64,000 nucleotides of DNA from an uncultured Gammaproteobacteria bacterium (GCA_964503125.1 CAZCZE010000021.1:13207-77206); one strand, 5' to 3'; shown: positions 1-10,406, numbered from the stretch's first letter. Notes: generated by a model from the letters alone, not told the origin. A program made the numbers and translations.

Positions 1-209
1 GTCATGAGCTCCGGGCTGCGGAGAAGCGCAATCCAGGGCCCGGTCGGTTGACCGCGCGCAGCCACGAAACTCGCCAACGCTTGCGCTTGTGGCTCGGTCA
101 GCGCGTCGCTGGGTAGCGGCGGCATCCGGTCTTGCGCGCCGGCTCGCAGTGCGGTGACGGCAAGCGCCGTCGCAACCAGGATACTCATTCGCCGCTTTCG
201 GCTCTGCAT
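1..209 (-). CDS. Carboxymuconolactone decarboxylase (CMD)-family protein with signal peptide, 5' part only (runs off window)
   Basis: Not in the ORF track. My translation from ATG 209: [70 protein letters not shown]. It resembles the CMD-like protein at 24415-25107 (GPFNVMLRSPVM). Confidence 0.7.
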   Translation of the reverse strand, partial: MQSRKRRMSILVATALAVTALRAGAQDRMPPLPSDALTEPQAQALASFVAARGQPTGPWIALLRSPELM

Positions 210-287
210 GACTTTTCTCCGCCCTTCACCGAAGGCTCGCGGATAGTATGCTCGTGTATCGCGTCTAGCGAGCCGCTCGGGACCAGC

Positions 288-1655
288 ATGACCATTCAGT
301 TCTCGCCCGAAGAGATCCTCGAGACCATCCGCATGGTGCAGATGGAGAACCTCGACATCCGCACGATCACGATGGGCATCAGCCTCCGCGATTGCGCGCA
401 CCCGAGCCTCGAGGCGGCGGCGAAAAAAGCCTACGACAAGATCTGCCGCAAAGCCGCGCGCCTCGTCGCCGTCGGCGCCGAGATCGAGCGCGAGTACGGC
501 ATTCCGATCATCAACAAGCGCGTGTCCGTGACACCGATCGCGCTCGTCGCCGAAGCCAGCGGAAGCGACGACTACGTGCTGTTCGCCGAGTATCTCGAGC
601 GCGCGGCGGCCGAGGTCGGCGTCAACTTCATCGGCGGCTTCTCGGCGCTCGTGCACAAGGGCACTACGCCCGGCGATGACGCGCTCATCGCCTCGCTGCC
701 CGAGGCGCTCGCGCGCACGGAACGCGTCTGCGCGTCGGTCAACGTCGCGACGACGCGCGCCGGCATCAACATGGATGCCGTCGCGCGCATGGGTGAAGTC
801 ATCGTGGCGACCGCGGCGCGCACCGCGGAGCGCGACGGCATCGGCTGCGCCAAGCTCGTCGTGTTCTGCAACGCCGTCGAGGACAACCCGTTCATGGCGG
901 GCGCGTTCCACGGCATCGGCGAGCCCGACTGCGTCGTCAACGTCGGTGTCAGCGGCCCCGGCGTCGTGGCCAACGCCGTCGAAGCAGAGCCGCACGCCGA
1001 CTTCGGTGCACTCGCAAGCGTCATCAAGCGCACGGCATTCAAGATCACGCGCATGGGCGAGCTCGTCGGCCGCGCGGCCTCCGAGAAGCTCGGCGTGCCG
1101 TTCGGCATCGTCGATCTGTCGCTCGCGCCCACGCCCGCACCCGGCGACAGTGTCGCGCGCGTGCTGCAAGCCATGGGACTCGAGCGCGTCGGCACGCACG
1201 GCTCGACGGCGGCGCTCGCGCTGTTGAACGACGCCGTCAAGAAAGGCGGCGCCATGGCGTCGAGCTATGTCGGCGGGCTCTCGGGCGCGTTCATCCCCGT
1301 CTCCGAGGATGCCGTCATGATCGACGCGGCCGCCGACGGCGCGATCACGTTCGACAAGCTCGAGGCGATGACCGCCGTGTGCTCGGTCGGCCTCGACATG
1401 GTTGCCGTGCCCGGTGACACCCCGGCCGCGACGCTCGCGGCCATCATCGCGGACGAAGCCGCGATCGGCATGATCAACCGCAAGACGACGGCCGTGCGTT
1501 TGATCCCGGCGCCCGGCAAAAAAGTCGGCGACGTCGTGTCGTTCGGCGGCTTGCTCGGGCGCGCGCCCGTGATCGCGCTGCACCGCGAGTCGAGCGAGGC
1601 CTTCATCGCGCGTGGCGGGCGTATTCCCGCGCCGCTCCAGGCGCTCAACAACTAG
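288..1655 (+). CDS. DUF711/UPF0210 (PFL-like superfamily) protein
   Basis: From [16 protein letters not shown]; motifs [58 protein letters not shown]-terminal [13 protein letters not shown]. Confidence 0.9.
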   Translation: MTIQFSPEEILETIRMVQMENLDIRTITMGISLRDCAHPSLEAAAKKAYDKICRKAARLVAVGAEIEREYGIPIINKRVSVTPIALVAEASGSDDYVLFAEYLERAAAEVGVNFIGGFSALVHKGTTPGDDALIASLPEALARTERVCASVNVATTRAGINMDAVARMGEVIVATAARTAERDGIGCAKLVVFCNAVEDNPFMAGAFHGIGEPDCVVNVGVSGPGVVANAVEAEPHADFGALASVIKRTAFKITRMGELVGRAASEKLGVPFGIVDLSLAPTPAPGDSVARVLQAMGLERVGTHGSTAALALLNDAVKKGGAMASSYVGGLSGAFIPVSEDAVMIDAAADGAITFDKLEAMTAVCSVGLDMVAVPGDTPAATLAAIIADEAAIGMINRKTTAVRLIPAPGKKVGDVVSFGGLLGRAPVIALHRESSEAFIARGGRIPAPLQALNN

Positions 1656-1675
1656 AAATCGCCCCGGGCAGCGCG

Positions 1676-1719
1676 AAAAAAAAACGAGCGCAGCCGGCGG
1701 GGGGATACACCGGCTGCGC
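1676..1719 (-). terminator. Intrinsic terminator for the urcA-like gene
   Basis: Stem gcgcagccgg (1688-1697) / ccggctgcgc (1710-1719); the A9 tract at 1676-1684 reads as a U-tract downstream of the hairpin on the minus strand. Confidence 0.75.
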
Positions 1720-1739
1720 CCGTAGGCGCACTCGTACGA

Positions 1740-2072
1740 TCAGCGAGCCACGACCTCCTCGGTGCGTCCTGTAGCCGAGCGGTGTAGCGACGCCAACAGC
1801 GGGCTGCCGACGTCCCTGACGGCGTTCTCGACTGCCCGCGCCCGGCACTCATGCTCGAGCCTGTAGAACTCGTGACGGCAAACCAACCGCGCGGCCTCCT
1901 TGATTCGGCCGTACAGCGTCTGCACGCCGACGGCCGTAGAGAGATCGAGGTCTGCGACGCGGACGGTTCGCGTGGCGATTTCGGGAGCCCGAATCGGGGC
2001 AGCCAACGCGGCGGTCGAAACACCGAACGACAGGAACAACGCCGGGATCAAGCGAACTGAAGTCTTCTTCAT
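1740..2072 (-). CDS. UrcA-family small secreted protein
   Basis: Signal peptide, VRVADLDLSTAVGVQTLYGRIKEAARLVC, two Cys. Confidence 0.85.
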   Translation of the reverse strand: MKKTSVRLIPALFLSFGVSTAALAAPIRAPEIATRTVRVADLDLSTAVGVQTLYGRIKEAARLVCRHEFYRLEHECRARAVENAVRDVGSPLLASLHRSATGRTEEVVAR

Positions 2073-2372
2073 GGGGTGCCTCCTTGGCAGTGGGATGGAT
2101 ACAGCAACGAACCTCGTACGTGCGTATCGTTACTCGCCCCCGTTAAAGTCCGATGACGCTTCGCGTAAATATCGATAAGCAGCAAACGTGCCAACTGCCG
2201 GGCGGCGCGTCGTTCCGCCATTTTTCGTCACCCGCGACACGCCGTACGCCTTGCGCCGCACCGGCGCGGAGCGCTCCGGCGAGCGCGCGGCGCGCTTCCG
2301 GTGCGAAGCGGCGGCGCGAGTAGGCAGTAATACGGATACCGTGCCCGCGAAACGCCGCGTACGGTCAGGCGC

Positions 2373-3338
2373 ATGCGCAGTTATCGACGGAAACTCGGCA
2401 TCGCGGGGCTCGCCGTCGCCGCCACGATCGCAGCCATCAGTTACGGATTCCACCGGCGCGACCTTGCGGCAGCGCACGCACGCCTCGCGGGAGCCAGCGA
2501 CGTCGTGACGACACCGTGCGGGCCGATCGAGTACGCAACGGTCGGCGCCGGACCGCCGGTGCTTTTCGTGCACGGGGCGGGCGGCGGGTTCGATCAGGGC
2601 CTCGCGATCGGTGCGCCCGTCGCCGCACGCGGCTACCGTGTGATCGCGATGTCGCGCTTCGGCTACTTGCGCACACCGCTGCCGGCCGATGGCTCGGCGA
2701 AAGCGCAGGCGGCCGCGCACGTTTGCCTGCTCGACGCGCTCGGCCTCGAGCGCGCGGCCGTCGTGGGCGTCTCGGCCGGAGCGCCTTCGGCGCTGCAGCT
2801 GGCCGCGGACCATCCCACGCGTGTCGCCGCGCTCGTGCTCCTCGTGCCGGCCGCGTTCGTGCCGCGGCCCGACGGCGCGGCGCCCGTGCGCACGCCGCCG
2901 GGCACGCGTTGGCTGTTCGACACGGCGCTGCGTTCCGATTTCTTGTTCTGGGCCATGCGCCGCGCGGCGCCGGGCTTGATGACGCGCGCGCTGCTCGGGA
3001 CGCCGCCGGAGCTCGTCGCGCGCGCGGACGCCGCGGAGCGCGCCCGCGTCGCGGCCATTCTCGACGACATCCTGCCCGTGACCACGCGGCGGCTGGGGTT
3101 ACTCAACGACGCCGACGTCACGACGCACCTTACGCGCCCCGCGTTCGAGCTCGTCACGGCGCCGACGCTGACAATCAGCGCGGCCGACGATCTCTACGGG
3201 ACTTACGACGCGGCGCGCTACACGGCCGAGCAGATTCCGGGCGCGCGGTTCGTGGGCCTTGCCGAAGGGGGCCACGTGTTCGTCGGCCATGACGCGGAAG
3301 TGACCGACACGATCGCCGACTTCCTGCGCGCTCCGTAG
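2373..3338 (+). CDS. Alpha/beta-fold hydrolase with N-terminal membrane anchor
   Basis: FVHGAGGG oxyanion motif, GVSAG nucleophile elbow, Asp (ADDLY), His (GGHVF). Confidence 0.9.
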   Translation: MRSYRRKLGIAGLAVAATIAAISYGFHRRDLAAAHARLAGASDVVTTPCGPIEYATVGAGPPVLFVHGAGGGFDQGLAIGAPVAARGYRVIAMSRFGYLRTPLPADGSAKAQAAAHVCLLDALGLERAAVVGVSAGAPSALQLAADHPTRVAALVLLVPAAFVPRPDGAAPVRTPPGTRWLFDTALRSDFLFWAMRRAAPGLMTRALLGTPPELVARADAAERARVAAILDDILPVTTRRLGLLNDADVTTHLTRPAFELVTAPTLTISAADDLYGTYDAARYTAEQIPGARFVGLAEGGHVFVGHDAEVTDTIADFLRAP

Positions 3339-3371
3339 CTCGCTGATTCGGCTAGTCGCGGAACGCCTGAG

Positions 3372-3842
3372 CTACCTGCGGCGGGACTTGGCCTTGCCTT
3401 TCTTGCCCGGGCGCTTGGCCGCCTTTTTCTTCCGCTTCGGCGCCGAGCTCGCTTTCGCCGCCGGGGACTCGTGGACGACGCAGGCCTCGATCTTGTTGCC
3501 GTCCAAGTCGCGGACGAAGGCGCCGAAGTAGTGCGGACCATAGATCGGTCGCGGTCCCGCCACGCCTTCGTCCTTGCCGCCGGCGGCAAGCGCCTCGCGA
3601 TGAAACGCCTTGACGGCGGCGTGGTTGCGCGCCTTGAAAGCGACGTGCACGCCGTTGCCGAGCGTCGCCGGGGCGCGATTCATCGGCAACTGCACCCAGA
3701 ACTCCGGCTCGCTTTCGCCGTACGCAGCCGCATAGGGCAAGAATTCCATCAAGCGCTCGTAGCCGAGCGTCGCGAGCACGCGATCGTAGAAGCGCACGGC
3801 CTCTGCGACGTTTGCGACACCGACCGACACATGGTGCAACAT
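3372..3842 (-). CDS. VOC/glyoxalase-family protein with Lys-rich tail
   Basis: HHVSVGV, NGVHVAF, YFGAFVRDLDGNKIEAC. Confidence 0.9.
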   Translation of the reverse strand: MLHHVSVGVANVAEAVRFYDRVLATLGYERLMEFLPYAAAYGESEPEFWVQLPMNRAPATLGNGVHVAFKARNHAAVKAFHREALAAGGKDEGVAGPRPIYGPHYFGAFVRDLDGNKIEACVVHESPAAKASSAPKRKKKAAKRPGKKGKAKSRRR

Positions 3843-3871
3843 GCGTATCTCCGTGGTTGAAGCGGCAAGAG

Positions 3872-4612
3872 TCAGCTAGACGCGCCGCGACCGCACACGA
3901 CGCACTCGGGATCGCGCTTGAGCGCGACGCTCTGCCATTCGCCGCGTTTCGCGTCCCAGAGCAGCAAGCGGTCGTGCAGCGCCGACGGCCAGCCCAGCAC
4001 GAGCTTGAGCGCCTCCTCGGCCATGAGCGTGCCGATGACGCCCGGCACGGGCGCGAGCACGCCGTTGCCCTGGCAATCGCCGAGCCACTCGTCCTCGTCG
4101 TTGTAGAGGCACGCGTAGCAAGGTCCGTCGCCGCGATTCGGGAACACCGCGATCTGCCCTTCGACGCGCACCGCGGCGCCCGAGACGAGCGGCACGCGGC
4201 GCGTGACGCAGGCGCGGTTCACGGCGAAGCGCGCCGCGAAATTGTCGGTGCCGTCGAGCACAACGTCGACTTCCGCGACGGCCGTGTCGAGCGCGGCGCC
4301 ATCGAGACGCTCGGCCAAGCACACGACCTCGACCTCGGGATTGAGCGCCGTGAGCCGTTTCTTGGCCGCTTCGACCTTGAGCGCACCCACGTCCTCGGGC
4401 CCGTAGAGAATCTGCCGCGGCAAATTCGTCTCGTCGACGCGGTCGAAATCGTTGAGCACGAGCCGGCCGATGCCGCTCGTCGCGAGATAGAGCGCCGCGG
4501 GGCAGCCGAGGCCGCCCAAGCCCACGACGAGCACGCGGGCGCGGCCGAACTTGGCTTGGCCCTCGGCGCCGACGTCCGCGAGCGCAATTTGGCGCGCGTA
4601 ACGCTTGCTCAC
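3872..4612 (-). CDS. moeB: HesA/MoeB/ThiF-family adenylyltransferase
   Basis: RYARQI, GLGGLG, DFDRVDETNLPRQ, DGTDNF, CYAC and C-terminal CVVC; GTG start overlaps the prmC stop (GTGA). Confidence 0.9.
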   Translation of the reverse strand: MSKRYARQIALADVGAEGQAKFGRARVLVVGLGGLGCPAALYLATSGIGRLVLNDFDRVDETNLPRQILYGPEDVGALKVEAAKKRLTALNPEVEVVCLAERLDGAALDTAVAEVDVVLDGTDNFAARFAVNRACVTRRVPLVSGAAVRVEGQIAVFPNRGDGPCYACLYNDEDEWLGDCQGNGVLAPVPGVIGTLMAEEALKLVLGWPSALHDRLLLWDAKRGEWQSVALKRDPECVVCGRGASS

Positions 4613-5508
4613 GACGCGGCACCCCGCTCGAGCTCGAGCACGCGCGGCCGGCCCGCGAGATCGTCGCGCATCGCAGCCACACGCCAACCGTGCCGCGCCG
4701 CGAGCTCGACGAGCGCCGGGCGCTGCTCGGCACCGTGCTCGACGAGCAACGCGCCACCGGCGTTCAGATGCCGCGGCGCTTCGGCGAAGAGCACACGGTA
4801 CGCCTCGAGCCCGTCGGCGCCGCCGTCGAGAGCGAGCCGCGGCTCGAACGTAAGTCCCCCGACGATGTCGGTCGTTCGCACGTAAGGCGGGTTGCTCGCG
4901 ATGAGGTCGAAACGCTCTTCCGGAATCGCTTCGAACCAGCGCGACACGAGCCAACGAATGGTGGGTTCGGGCGTCTCCAGCACGAAGCTCTCATTCACCT
5001 GCGCCTGTTCGATCGCTTCCGGGCTTACGTCGAGCGCCGTCATTCGTATGTCGCGGCGGCTGTGTTTGACCGCGAGCGCGATGGCGCCGCTGCCGGTGCC
5101 CACGTCGAGCACCGTGGGCACCCGCACCGACGCGCAACGCGCGAGCGTCGCTTCGACGAGCAGCTCGGTCTCCGGCCGCGGAACCAGGACATCCGGGCAC
5201 ACCAGGATCGGCAACGAAAAGAACTCGTGGCTGCCGACGATATAGGCGACGGGCTCGCCGCGCACGCGCCGTGCTACGAGCTGCGCGAACTCGAGCCGCG
5301 CGAGGCGCGGAACCAAACGCTCGGGAAACGCGAAGAACGACGCCTGCGGCCGTTCCGTCGCCTGCCACAACAACAGCATCGCATCGAGCCGCGCCGATTC
5401 GCCGACGCCGGCGGCCTCGATGGCGCGCGTGGCGGCCGCCAACAGGTCGTCGGTGCGCTCGCACTGCGCCAGCGTCGCGGTCGGTGGAGACGACTCTGCC
5501 GCGTTCAT
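4609..5508 (-). CDS. prmC: Release factor glutamine methyltransferase
   Basis: VLVPRPETELLV, LDVGTGSGAIA, SNPPY; directly after prfA. Confidence 0.95.
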   Translation of the reverse strand: MNAAESSPPTATLAQCERTDDLLAAATRAIEAAGVGESARLDAMLLLWQATERPQASFFAFPERLVPRLARLEFAQLVARRVRGEPVAYIVGSHEFFSLPILVCPDVLVPRPETELLVEATLARCASVRVPTVLDVGTGSGAIALAVKHSRRDIRMTALDVSPEAIEQAQVNESFVLETPEPTIRWLVSRWFEAIPEERFDLIASNPPYVRTTDIVGGLTFEPRLALDGGADGLEAYRVLFAEAPRHLNAGGALLVEHGAEQRPALVELAARHGWRVAAMRDDLAGRPRVLELERGAAS

Positions 5509-5511
5509 CGT

Positions 5512-6600
5512 TCAGCCCTCGAGACCCAGCGCGCCGAGCAGGTCGGCCTGGTACTCGTTGGCGAGCGGGCCGATGACGTCGTCGAGATCGCCGTTCACGA
5601 TGTCCTCGAGCTGGTAGAGCGTCAGGTTGATGCGGTGATCCGTGAGCCGCCCTTGCGGGAAATTGTACGTGCGGATGCGCTCCGAGCGATCGCCCGTGCC
5701 GACGAGGCCACGGCGCTTCTCGGCCGTCTCGGTCGCCCTCTTCGTCTCTTCGGCATCGCGCAACCGCGCCGAGAGCAACGACATGGCGCGCGCGCGATTC
5801 TTGTGCTGCGAGCGCTCCTCCTGGCATTCCACGACGATCCCCGTCGGCAGGTGCGTGATGCGAATCGCCGAGTCCGTCTTGTTGACGTGCTGGCCGCCGG
5901 CGCCCGACGCGCGGTAGGTGTCGACCTTGAGATCGGCCTTGTTGATCTCGATCTCGCCGACGTCCTCGGGCTCGGGGAACACGGCCACGGTGCAGGTCGA
6001 GGTGTGGATGCGCCCTTGCGCCTCGGTCTCGGGCACGCGCTGCACGCGGTGCACGCCCGACTCGAACTTGAGCTTCGAATACGCGCCCTTGCCCGCGACG
6101 CGCGAGATGACCTCGCGATAGCCGCCGTGCTCGCCGGCATTCGAGCTCAACACCTCGACGGTCCAACCCTGCCGCTCCGCGTAGCGGCTGTACATCCGAA
6201 ACAGGTCGCCCGCGAAGATCGCGGCCTCGTCGCCGCCCGTGCCGGCGCGCACCTCGAGGAACAGGTTCGCGTCGTCGTTCGGGTCCTTCGGCACGAGATG
6301 CAGCAGCAATTGCCGCTCGAGCGCCGCGAGCCGGCCGGCGAGCTCCTTGTGCTCGTCGTCGGCGAGCGCACGCATGTCGAGATCGGCGCTGGCGCGCAGC
6401 TCCGCGGTCGCAGCGAGATGCCGCTCGAGCTCGCGATGGAGGTTGAAGTCGCGGGCGACGGCGTTGAGGCGCGCGTACTCTTTCGAAAGCTCGCGGAAAC
6501 GATCCTTGTCCGTGATCGTAGCGGTGTCACCGAGCAGCCGGGCGACCTCTTCGTGCCGCTCGACCAACTCCGTGAGCTTGGTGCGCAGCGACTCCTTCAC
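5512..6600 (-). CDS. prfA: Peptide chain release factor 1
   Basis: [44 protein letters not shown]; GTG start at 6600. Confidence 0.97.
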   Translation of the reverse strand: MKESLRTKLTELVERHEEVARLLGDTATITDKDRFRELSKEYARLNAVARDFNLHRELERHLAATAELRASADLDMRALADDEHKELAGRLAALERQLLLHLVPKDPNDDANLFLEVRAGTGGDEAAIFAGDLFRMYSRYAERQGWTVEVLSSNAGEHGGYREVISRVAGKGAYSKLKFESGVHRVQRVPETEAQGRIHTSTCTVAVFPEPEDVGEIEINKADLKVDTYRASGAGGQHVNKTDSAIRITHLPTGIVVECQEERSQHKNRARAMSLLSARLRDAEETKRATETAEKRRGLVGTGDRSERIRTYNFPQGRLTDHRINLTLYQLEDIVNGDLDDVIGPLANEYQADLLGALGLEG

Positions 6601-6728
6601 TTGGTTGCCGTGGCGCTTGCAATCGCCAGCGCGAGCGCGGCGAGCACTCGACCGCTCCAGAGCAAGGCGATATCGCCGAGTCTTTCGGGGTCGAGCCAGA
6701 TCGCAAAAAGTTCGCGCAGCTCCGCCAT
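6597..6728 (-). pseudogene. 43-aa membrane ORF, probable stub of an MscS-like N-terminus, coupled to prfA
   Basis: ATG 6728: [43 protein letters not shown]; its TGA overlaps the prfA GTG (GTGA). Confidence 0.45.
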
Positions 6729-6854
6729 CGGCAAATTGTCGAAGAATCATTGGGGGATCACAAGCAAGGCCCGTGTGGCGCGAGGCCGCGGCGCCGCCGC
6801 AAAGTGCGCTGCAATCGAGCATTAATCGGCCGACGGCTGGGGTATATTGAAGCC

Positions 6855-8633
6855 ATGAAGCGCGCCTTCCTGTTGATCCTCGCTGCAACGGTCGCCGCGC
6901 CCGCCCTGGGTCAGACGATCGATCTCAGCATCCCCGAGGTCGAGGTAGATTCGCACCTGCTGCTCGGCGAAATCGCGCTCGACCGCCGGGATCTCGCGAC
7001 GGCCGCGAACGAGTTCTTAGCGGCCGCGATGCTCGCCGAAACGCCCGGCCCCGCGGAGCGCGCCACGCGCATCGCCCATGAGGTCGAGCTCACCGAGGCG
7101 GGCCTCCAGGCCGCGCGCCGCTGGCGCGAGCTCGCGCCCGAGGACGAGCGTCCCGCCTGGTACCTCGGCGTATTCGAGACGCGCAGTAATCGCGTGCCGC
7201 GCGCGATCGCCGAGTTCGAGACGTTCATCCGCTCGCTCGACGAGGTGCGCACCGGGTTCGCGCTCGTGCTCGAGGCGCTCGGCGACGAGCCGTACACGGC
7301 CACGGCGACGGCCATCATGCGGGCGCTCAACGCCACTTTCCCCGACGTGCCCGCCGGGCAGTACGCGCTCGCGCGGCTCGCGCTGCGCTCCGGCGACTTC
7401 GAGCTCGCGCTCACGAACGCGGAGGCCGCGAGCAAGTCCGACGCCGATTGGATCGAGGCGCAACTGCTCTACGCGCGCACGCTGCTCGTCACGGGCCGCA
7501 GCGAGCAGAGCCTCGCGATTGCGGCCGAGCTCGCGGAGCGTCACGACGAAGTCGAGGTGCAGCTCCAATACGCCGAGCTGCTGCTCTCGGCCGCCCGGCC
7601 GCGCGAGGCTGAGGCGCTCTTGAACGAGATCCTCGCCGAGAATCCCGGCTTGCCCGAAGCGACGCGCGCGCTCGCGTTTCTTGCGATGACCGAGGAGCGT
7701 AACGAGGACGCGAAGCGCTACTTCAACGACCTGCGCGCCGAGCCCAACTACCGCAGCGAGGCGTTCTACTACTTAGGCAGGCTTGCCGAGACCGAGCGCG
7801 ACTTCTTGCAAGCCACGCGCTCCTACGCGCGCGTCACCGAGGGCACCCACGCCGTCGAGGCGCAACTGCGCACCGCGCGCATCCTGTTCGGCGAGCAGAA
7901 CGACGGCGAGGGCGCTATACGGCATCTGCGCGATTTCGGCGAGGCCAACTCGCGCTTCGCGACCGACATGCTCGTCGCGCAGGCACGGCTGCTGCTGCAA
8001 ATGGGGCAGCCCGAGGAGGCGATGCGGCTCTTCGACACGGCCCTCGCCGCAGCGCCCGACGACCCGGCGCTGCACGCCGCGCATGCGCAGCTCTACGTCA
8101 TCCAAGTACAGGGCCGAGTCGAACGCGGCGCGCTCGACGAAGCCGAAGCGCTGCTCACCGAAGGGCTGGACCGCTACCCCGACAACGTCACGCTGCGCTA
8201 CTCGCTCGCGTTGCTCTACGAGGATCAGAACCGCAACCGCAGGGCGCTCGAGGTGCTCGAGGCGCTCGCGGAGGAGCATCCCGACGACGCGGCGATCTTG
8301 AACGCCTACGGCTACTTGCTCACGGACGAGTTCGGCCGCCACGAGCAGGCGCGCGACTACATCGAACGCGCGCTTGCGCTCAATCCCGACAGCGCCGCCA
8401 TCATCGACAGCATGGGCTGGGTGCTGTTCAAGCTCGGGGACCATGAGGCGGCGCGCGATCACCTCGAGCGCGCCTATCGCCTCGAGCCCGAGGCCGAGAT
8501 CGCGGCGCATCTCGTCGACGTGCGTTGGCAGCTCGGCGAGCGCGACAGCGCGCTCAAGCTGCTGCGCGAGTCGCTCGAGGCCGATCCCGACAGCCCTCAT
8601 TTGCGGGAGCTCACGGACCGCCTCGCGCCATGA
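6855..8633 (+). CDS. Exported tetratricopeptide-repeat protein
   Basis: Signal peptide [20 protein letters not shown]; many TPRs, ending NAYGYLL...[11 protein letters not shown]; usual lolB neighbour. Confidence 0.92.
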   Translation: MKRAFLLILAATVAAPALGQTIDLSIPEVEVDSHLLLGEIALDRRDLATAANEFLAAAMLAETPGPAERATRIAHEVELTEAGLQAARRWRELAPEDERPAWYLGVFETRSNRVPRAIAEFETFIRSLDEVRTGFALVLEALGDEPYTATATAIMRALNATFPDVPAGQYALARLALRSGDFELALTNAEAASKSDADWIEAQLLYARTLLVTGRSEQSLAIAAELAERHDEVEVQLQYAELLLSAARPREAEALLNEILAENPGLPEATRALAFLAMTEERNEDAKRYFNDLRAEPNYRSEAFYYLGRLAETERDFLQATRSYARVTEGTHAVEAQLRTARILFGEQNDGEGAIRHLRDFGEANSRFATDMLVAQARLLLQMGQPEEAMRLFDTALAAAPDDPALHAAHAQLYVIQVQGRVERGALDEAEALLTEGLDRYPDNVTLRYSLALLYEDQNRNRRALEVLEALAEEHPDDAAILNAYGYLLTDEFGRHEQARDYIERALALNPDSAAIIDSMGWVLFKLGDHEAARDHLERAYRLEPEAEIAAHLVDVRWQLGERDSALKLLRESLEADPDSPHLRELTDRLAP

Positions 8634-9256
8634 CGGCCGGCCGCTCTGCGGCGGCCCTGCTCGTCGCGGCATCGCTCGCCGCGGCGTGCGCGACACTGCC
8701 GGTCGGCACCGACGGGCGCAGCTTCGACGAGCGGCGCGAGGTGCTCGAAGCAGTCGATTCGTGGGAGATGCGCGGCCGGCTCAGCGTCGATACGGGCGAT
8801 CGCGCGTTTCAAGGCCGCTTCGCCTGGCGCCAGGACTTGACCTCGCTCGATCTCGTGGTGCGCAATTTTCTCGGCGCCGGCGTGCTGCAAGTGGCCGGGC
8901 CGCGCGACGCGCTCACGGTCACGGCACGCGGCGAGACGCGGACGCTCGTCGATCCCGAGCGCGAGCTCTCGGAGCTCGTCGGCTGGTGGCTGCCCATCGG
9001 CAGCCTGCCCGCGTGGCTACTCGGGCTGCCCGATCCCGATTTTCGCGCGGCGACGGAGCCCGGCGCCGACGGCACGCTCGCGGCCCTCGAGCAGCGGCTC
9101 TGGCGCGTCGCTTACCCCGTCTATCAGCTCGCCGACGACACGGGCGCTGCGAGCGCCGTGCTCGTGCCGCGCCGCATCGACCTCGCGCACGAGGGTCTCG
9201 CGCTGCGCCTCACGATCGACGAGTGGCTTCCTAAGGGCAGCGCACGCTCGCCTTGA
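8630..9256 (+). CDS. lolB: Outer-membrane lipoprotein insertase LolB
   Basis: Lipobox LAAAC, WEMRGRLSV, FAWRQ, WWLPIGSLPAWLLGLP; ATGA overlap with the TPR gene. Confidence 0.9.
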   Translation: MTAGRSAAALLVAASLAAACATLPVGTDGRSFDERREVLEAVDSWEMRGRLSVDTGDRAFQGRFAWRQDLTSLDLVVRNFLGAGVLQVAGPRDALTVTARGETRTLVDPERELSELVGWWLPIGSLPAWLLGLPDPDFRAATEPGADGTLAALEQRLWRVAYPVYQLADDTGAASAVLVPRRIDLAHEGLALRLTIDEWLPKGSARSP

Positions 9257-9289
9257 ACGAAGCGCCACCGGCCCGCCACAATAGTGGCT

Positions 9290-9364
9290 TGGGGCGTAGC
9301 CAAGCGGTAAGGCAACGGGTTTTGATCCCGTCATACGTAGGTTCGATTCCTACCGCCCCAGCCA
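9290..9364 (+). tRNA. tRNA-Gln (anticodon TTG)
   Basis: Acceptor stem TGGGGCG/CGCCCCA, anticodon arm acggg-TTTTGAT-cccgt, T-loop GTTCGAT, encoded CCA. Confidence 0.97.
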
Positions 9365-9399
9365 CTCGTGCCGAGTGAACTCGAACCAGGAGCCGGAAC

Positions 9400-10353
9400 T
9401 TGGACCCGATCTCGACGACCATCTTCGCAGGCCGTGCCCACCCCGCTCTTGCGCGCGACATCGCCTTTCACCTCGGGCTATCGTTGGGCCGCATCACCGT
9501 CGGCCGTTTCAGCGACGGCGAGATCAGCGTCGAGATCATGGAGAACGTGCGCGGCCGCGACGTCTTCATCGTGCAGCCCACGTGCCCGCCCGTGAACGAA
9601 AATCTCATGGAGCTCTTGATCATGGCGGATGCGTGCCAGCGCGCCTCGGCGGCGCGCGTCACGGCCGTGGTCCCCTACTTCGGCTACGGCCGCCAAGACC
9701 GGCGCCGACGCGCCGCGCGCGTGCCGATCACGGCCAAGCTCGTCGCCAACCTCATCGCGACGGCCGGAATCGACCGCGTGCTGTTCGTCGACGTCCACGC
9801 CGACCAGATCACGGGGTTCTTCGATATCCCCGTCGACAACGTCTACGCCTCGCCCGTGCTGCTCGGCGACGCCTGGAAGCAGAAATACAAGGATATGGTC
9901 GTCGTGTCGCCCGACGTCGGCGGCGTCGAGCGGGCGCGCGCGCTCGCCAAGCGGCTCGACGACGCCGGCCTCGCAATCATCGACAAACGCCGCCCGCAGC
10001 CCAACATGGCCGAGGTCATGAACGTCATCGGCGAGGTGTCGGGCAAGAGCTGCGTGCTCGTCGACGACATGGTCGACACGGCCGGCACGCTTTGCCAAGC
10101 GGCTTCCGTGTTGAAGCAGCGCGGCGCGGTCCGTGTCGTGGCCTACATCACCCACCCCGTGCTCTCGGGCCCTGCCGTGGAGCGCATCAAGGAGTCGGCG
10201 CTCGACGAGATCGTCGTGACCGATACGATCCCGCTCAGCGAGGCAGCCCGGGCCTGCTCGCGGATCCGGCAGCTCTCCGTGGCCGAGCTCCTGGCCGAAA
10301 CGCTGCGCCGCATCAACGAATCCGACTCGGTCAGCTCGCTGTACCTCGACTAG
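9400..10353 (+). CDS. prs: Ribose-phosphate pyrophosphokinase
   Basis: TTG start after AGGAG; [39 protein letters not shown]. Confidence 0.97.
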   Translation: MDPISTTIFAGRAHPALARDIAFHLGLSLGRITVGRFSDGEISVEIMENVRGRDVFIVQPTCPPVNENLMELLIMADACQRASAARVTAVVPYFGYGRQDRRRRAARVPITAKLVANLIATAGIDRVLFVDVHADQITGFFDIPVDNVYASPVLLGDAWKQKYKDMVVVSPDVGGVERARALAKRLDDAGLAIIDKRRPQPNMAEVMNVIGEVSGKSCVLVDDMVDTAGTLCQAASVLKQRGAVRVVAYITHPVLSGPAVERIKESALDEIVVTDTIPLSEAARACSRIRQLSVAELLAETLRRINESDSVSSLYLD

Positions 10354-10406
10354 CCTGGCCGGGTTTGGCCCTGCTATGATGCGCGGCTTCCTGGAGGTGC
10401 CGCCCC

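Noticed and set aside
2073-2372. Possible structured RNA between urcA-like and hydrolase genes
   Set aside because: Only short GC-rich stems expected by chance; no riboswitch or sRNA signature recognised.
4690-6825. 711-aa plus-strand ORF and other long antisense or shifted ORFs (e.g. 11930-12976, 22219-23889, 38819-40186, 48746-50095)
   Set aside because: They are shadows of well-supported genes in GC-rich DNA: Arg/Ala-rich with no family motifs.
9290-9399. tRNA-Gln as an integration site
   Set aside because: prs follows within 35 bp; no integrase and no duplicated tRNA 3' end was found in the window.
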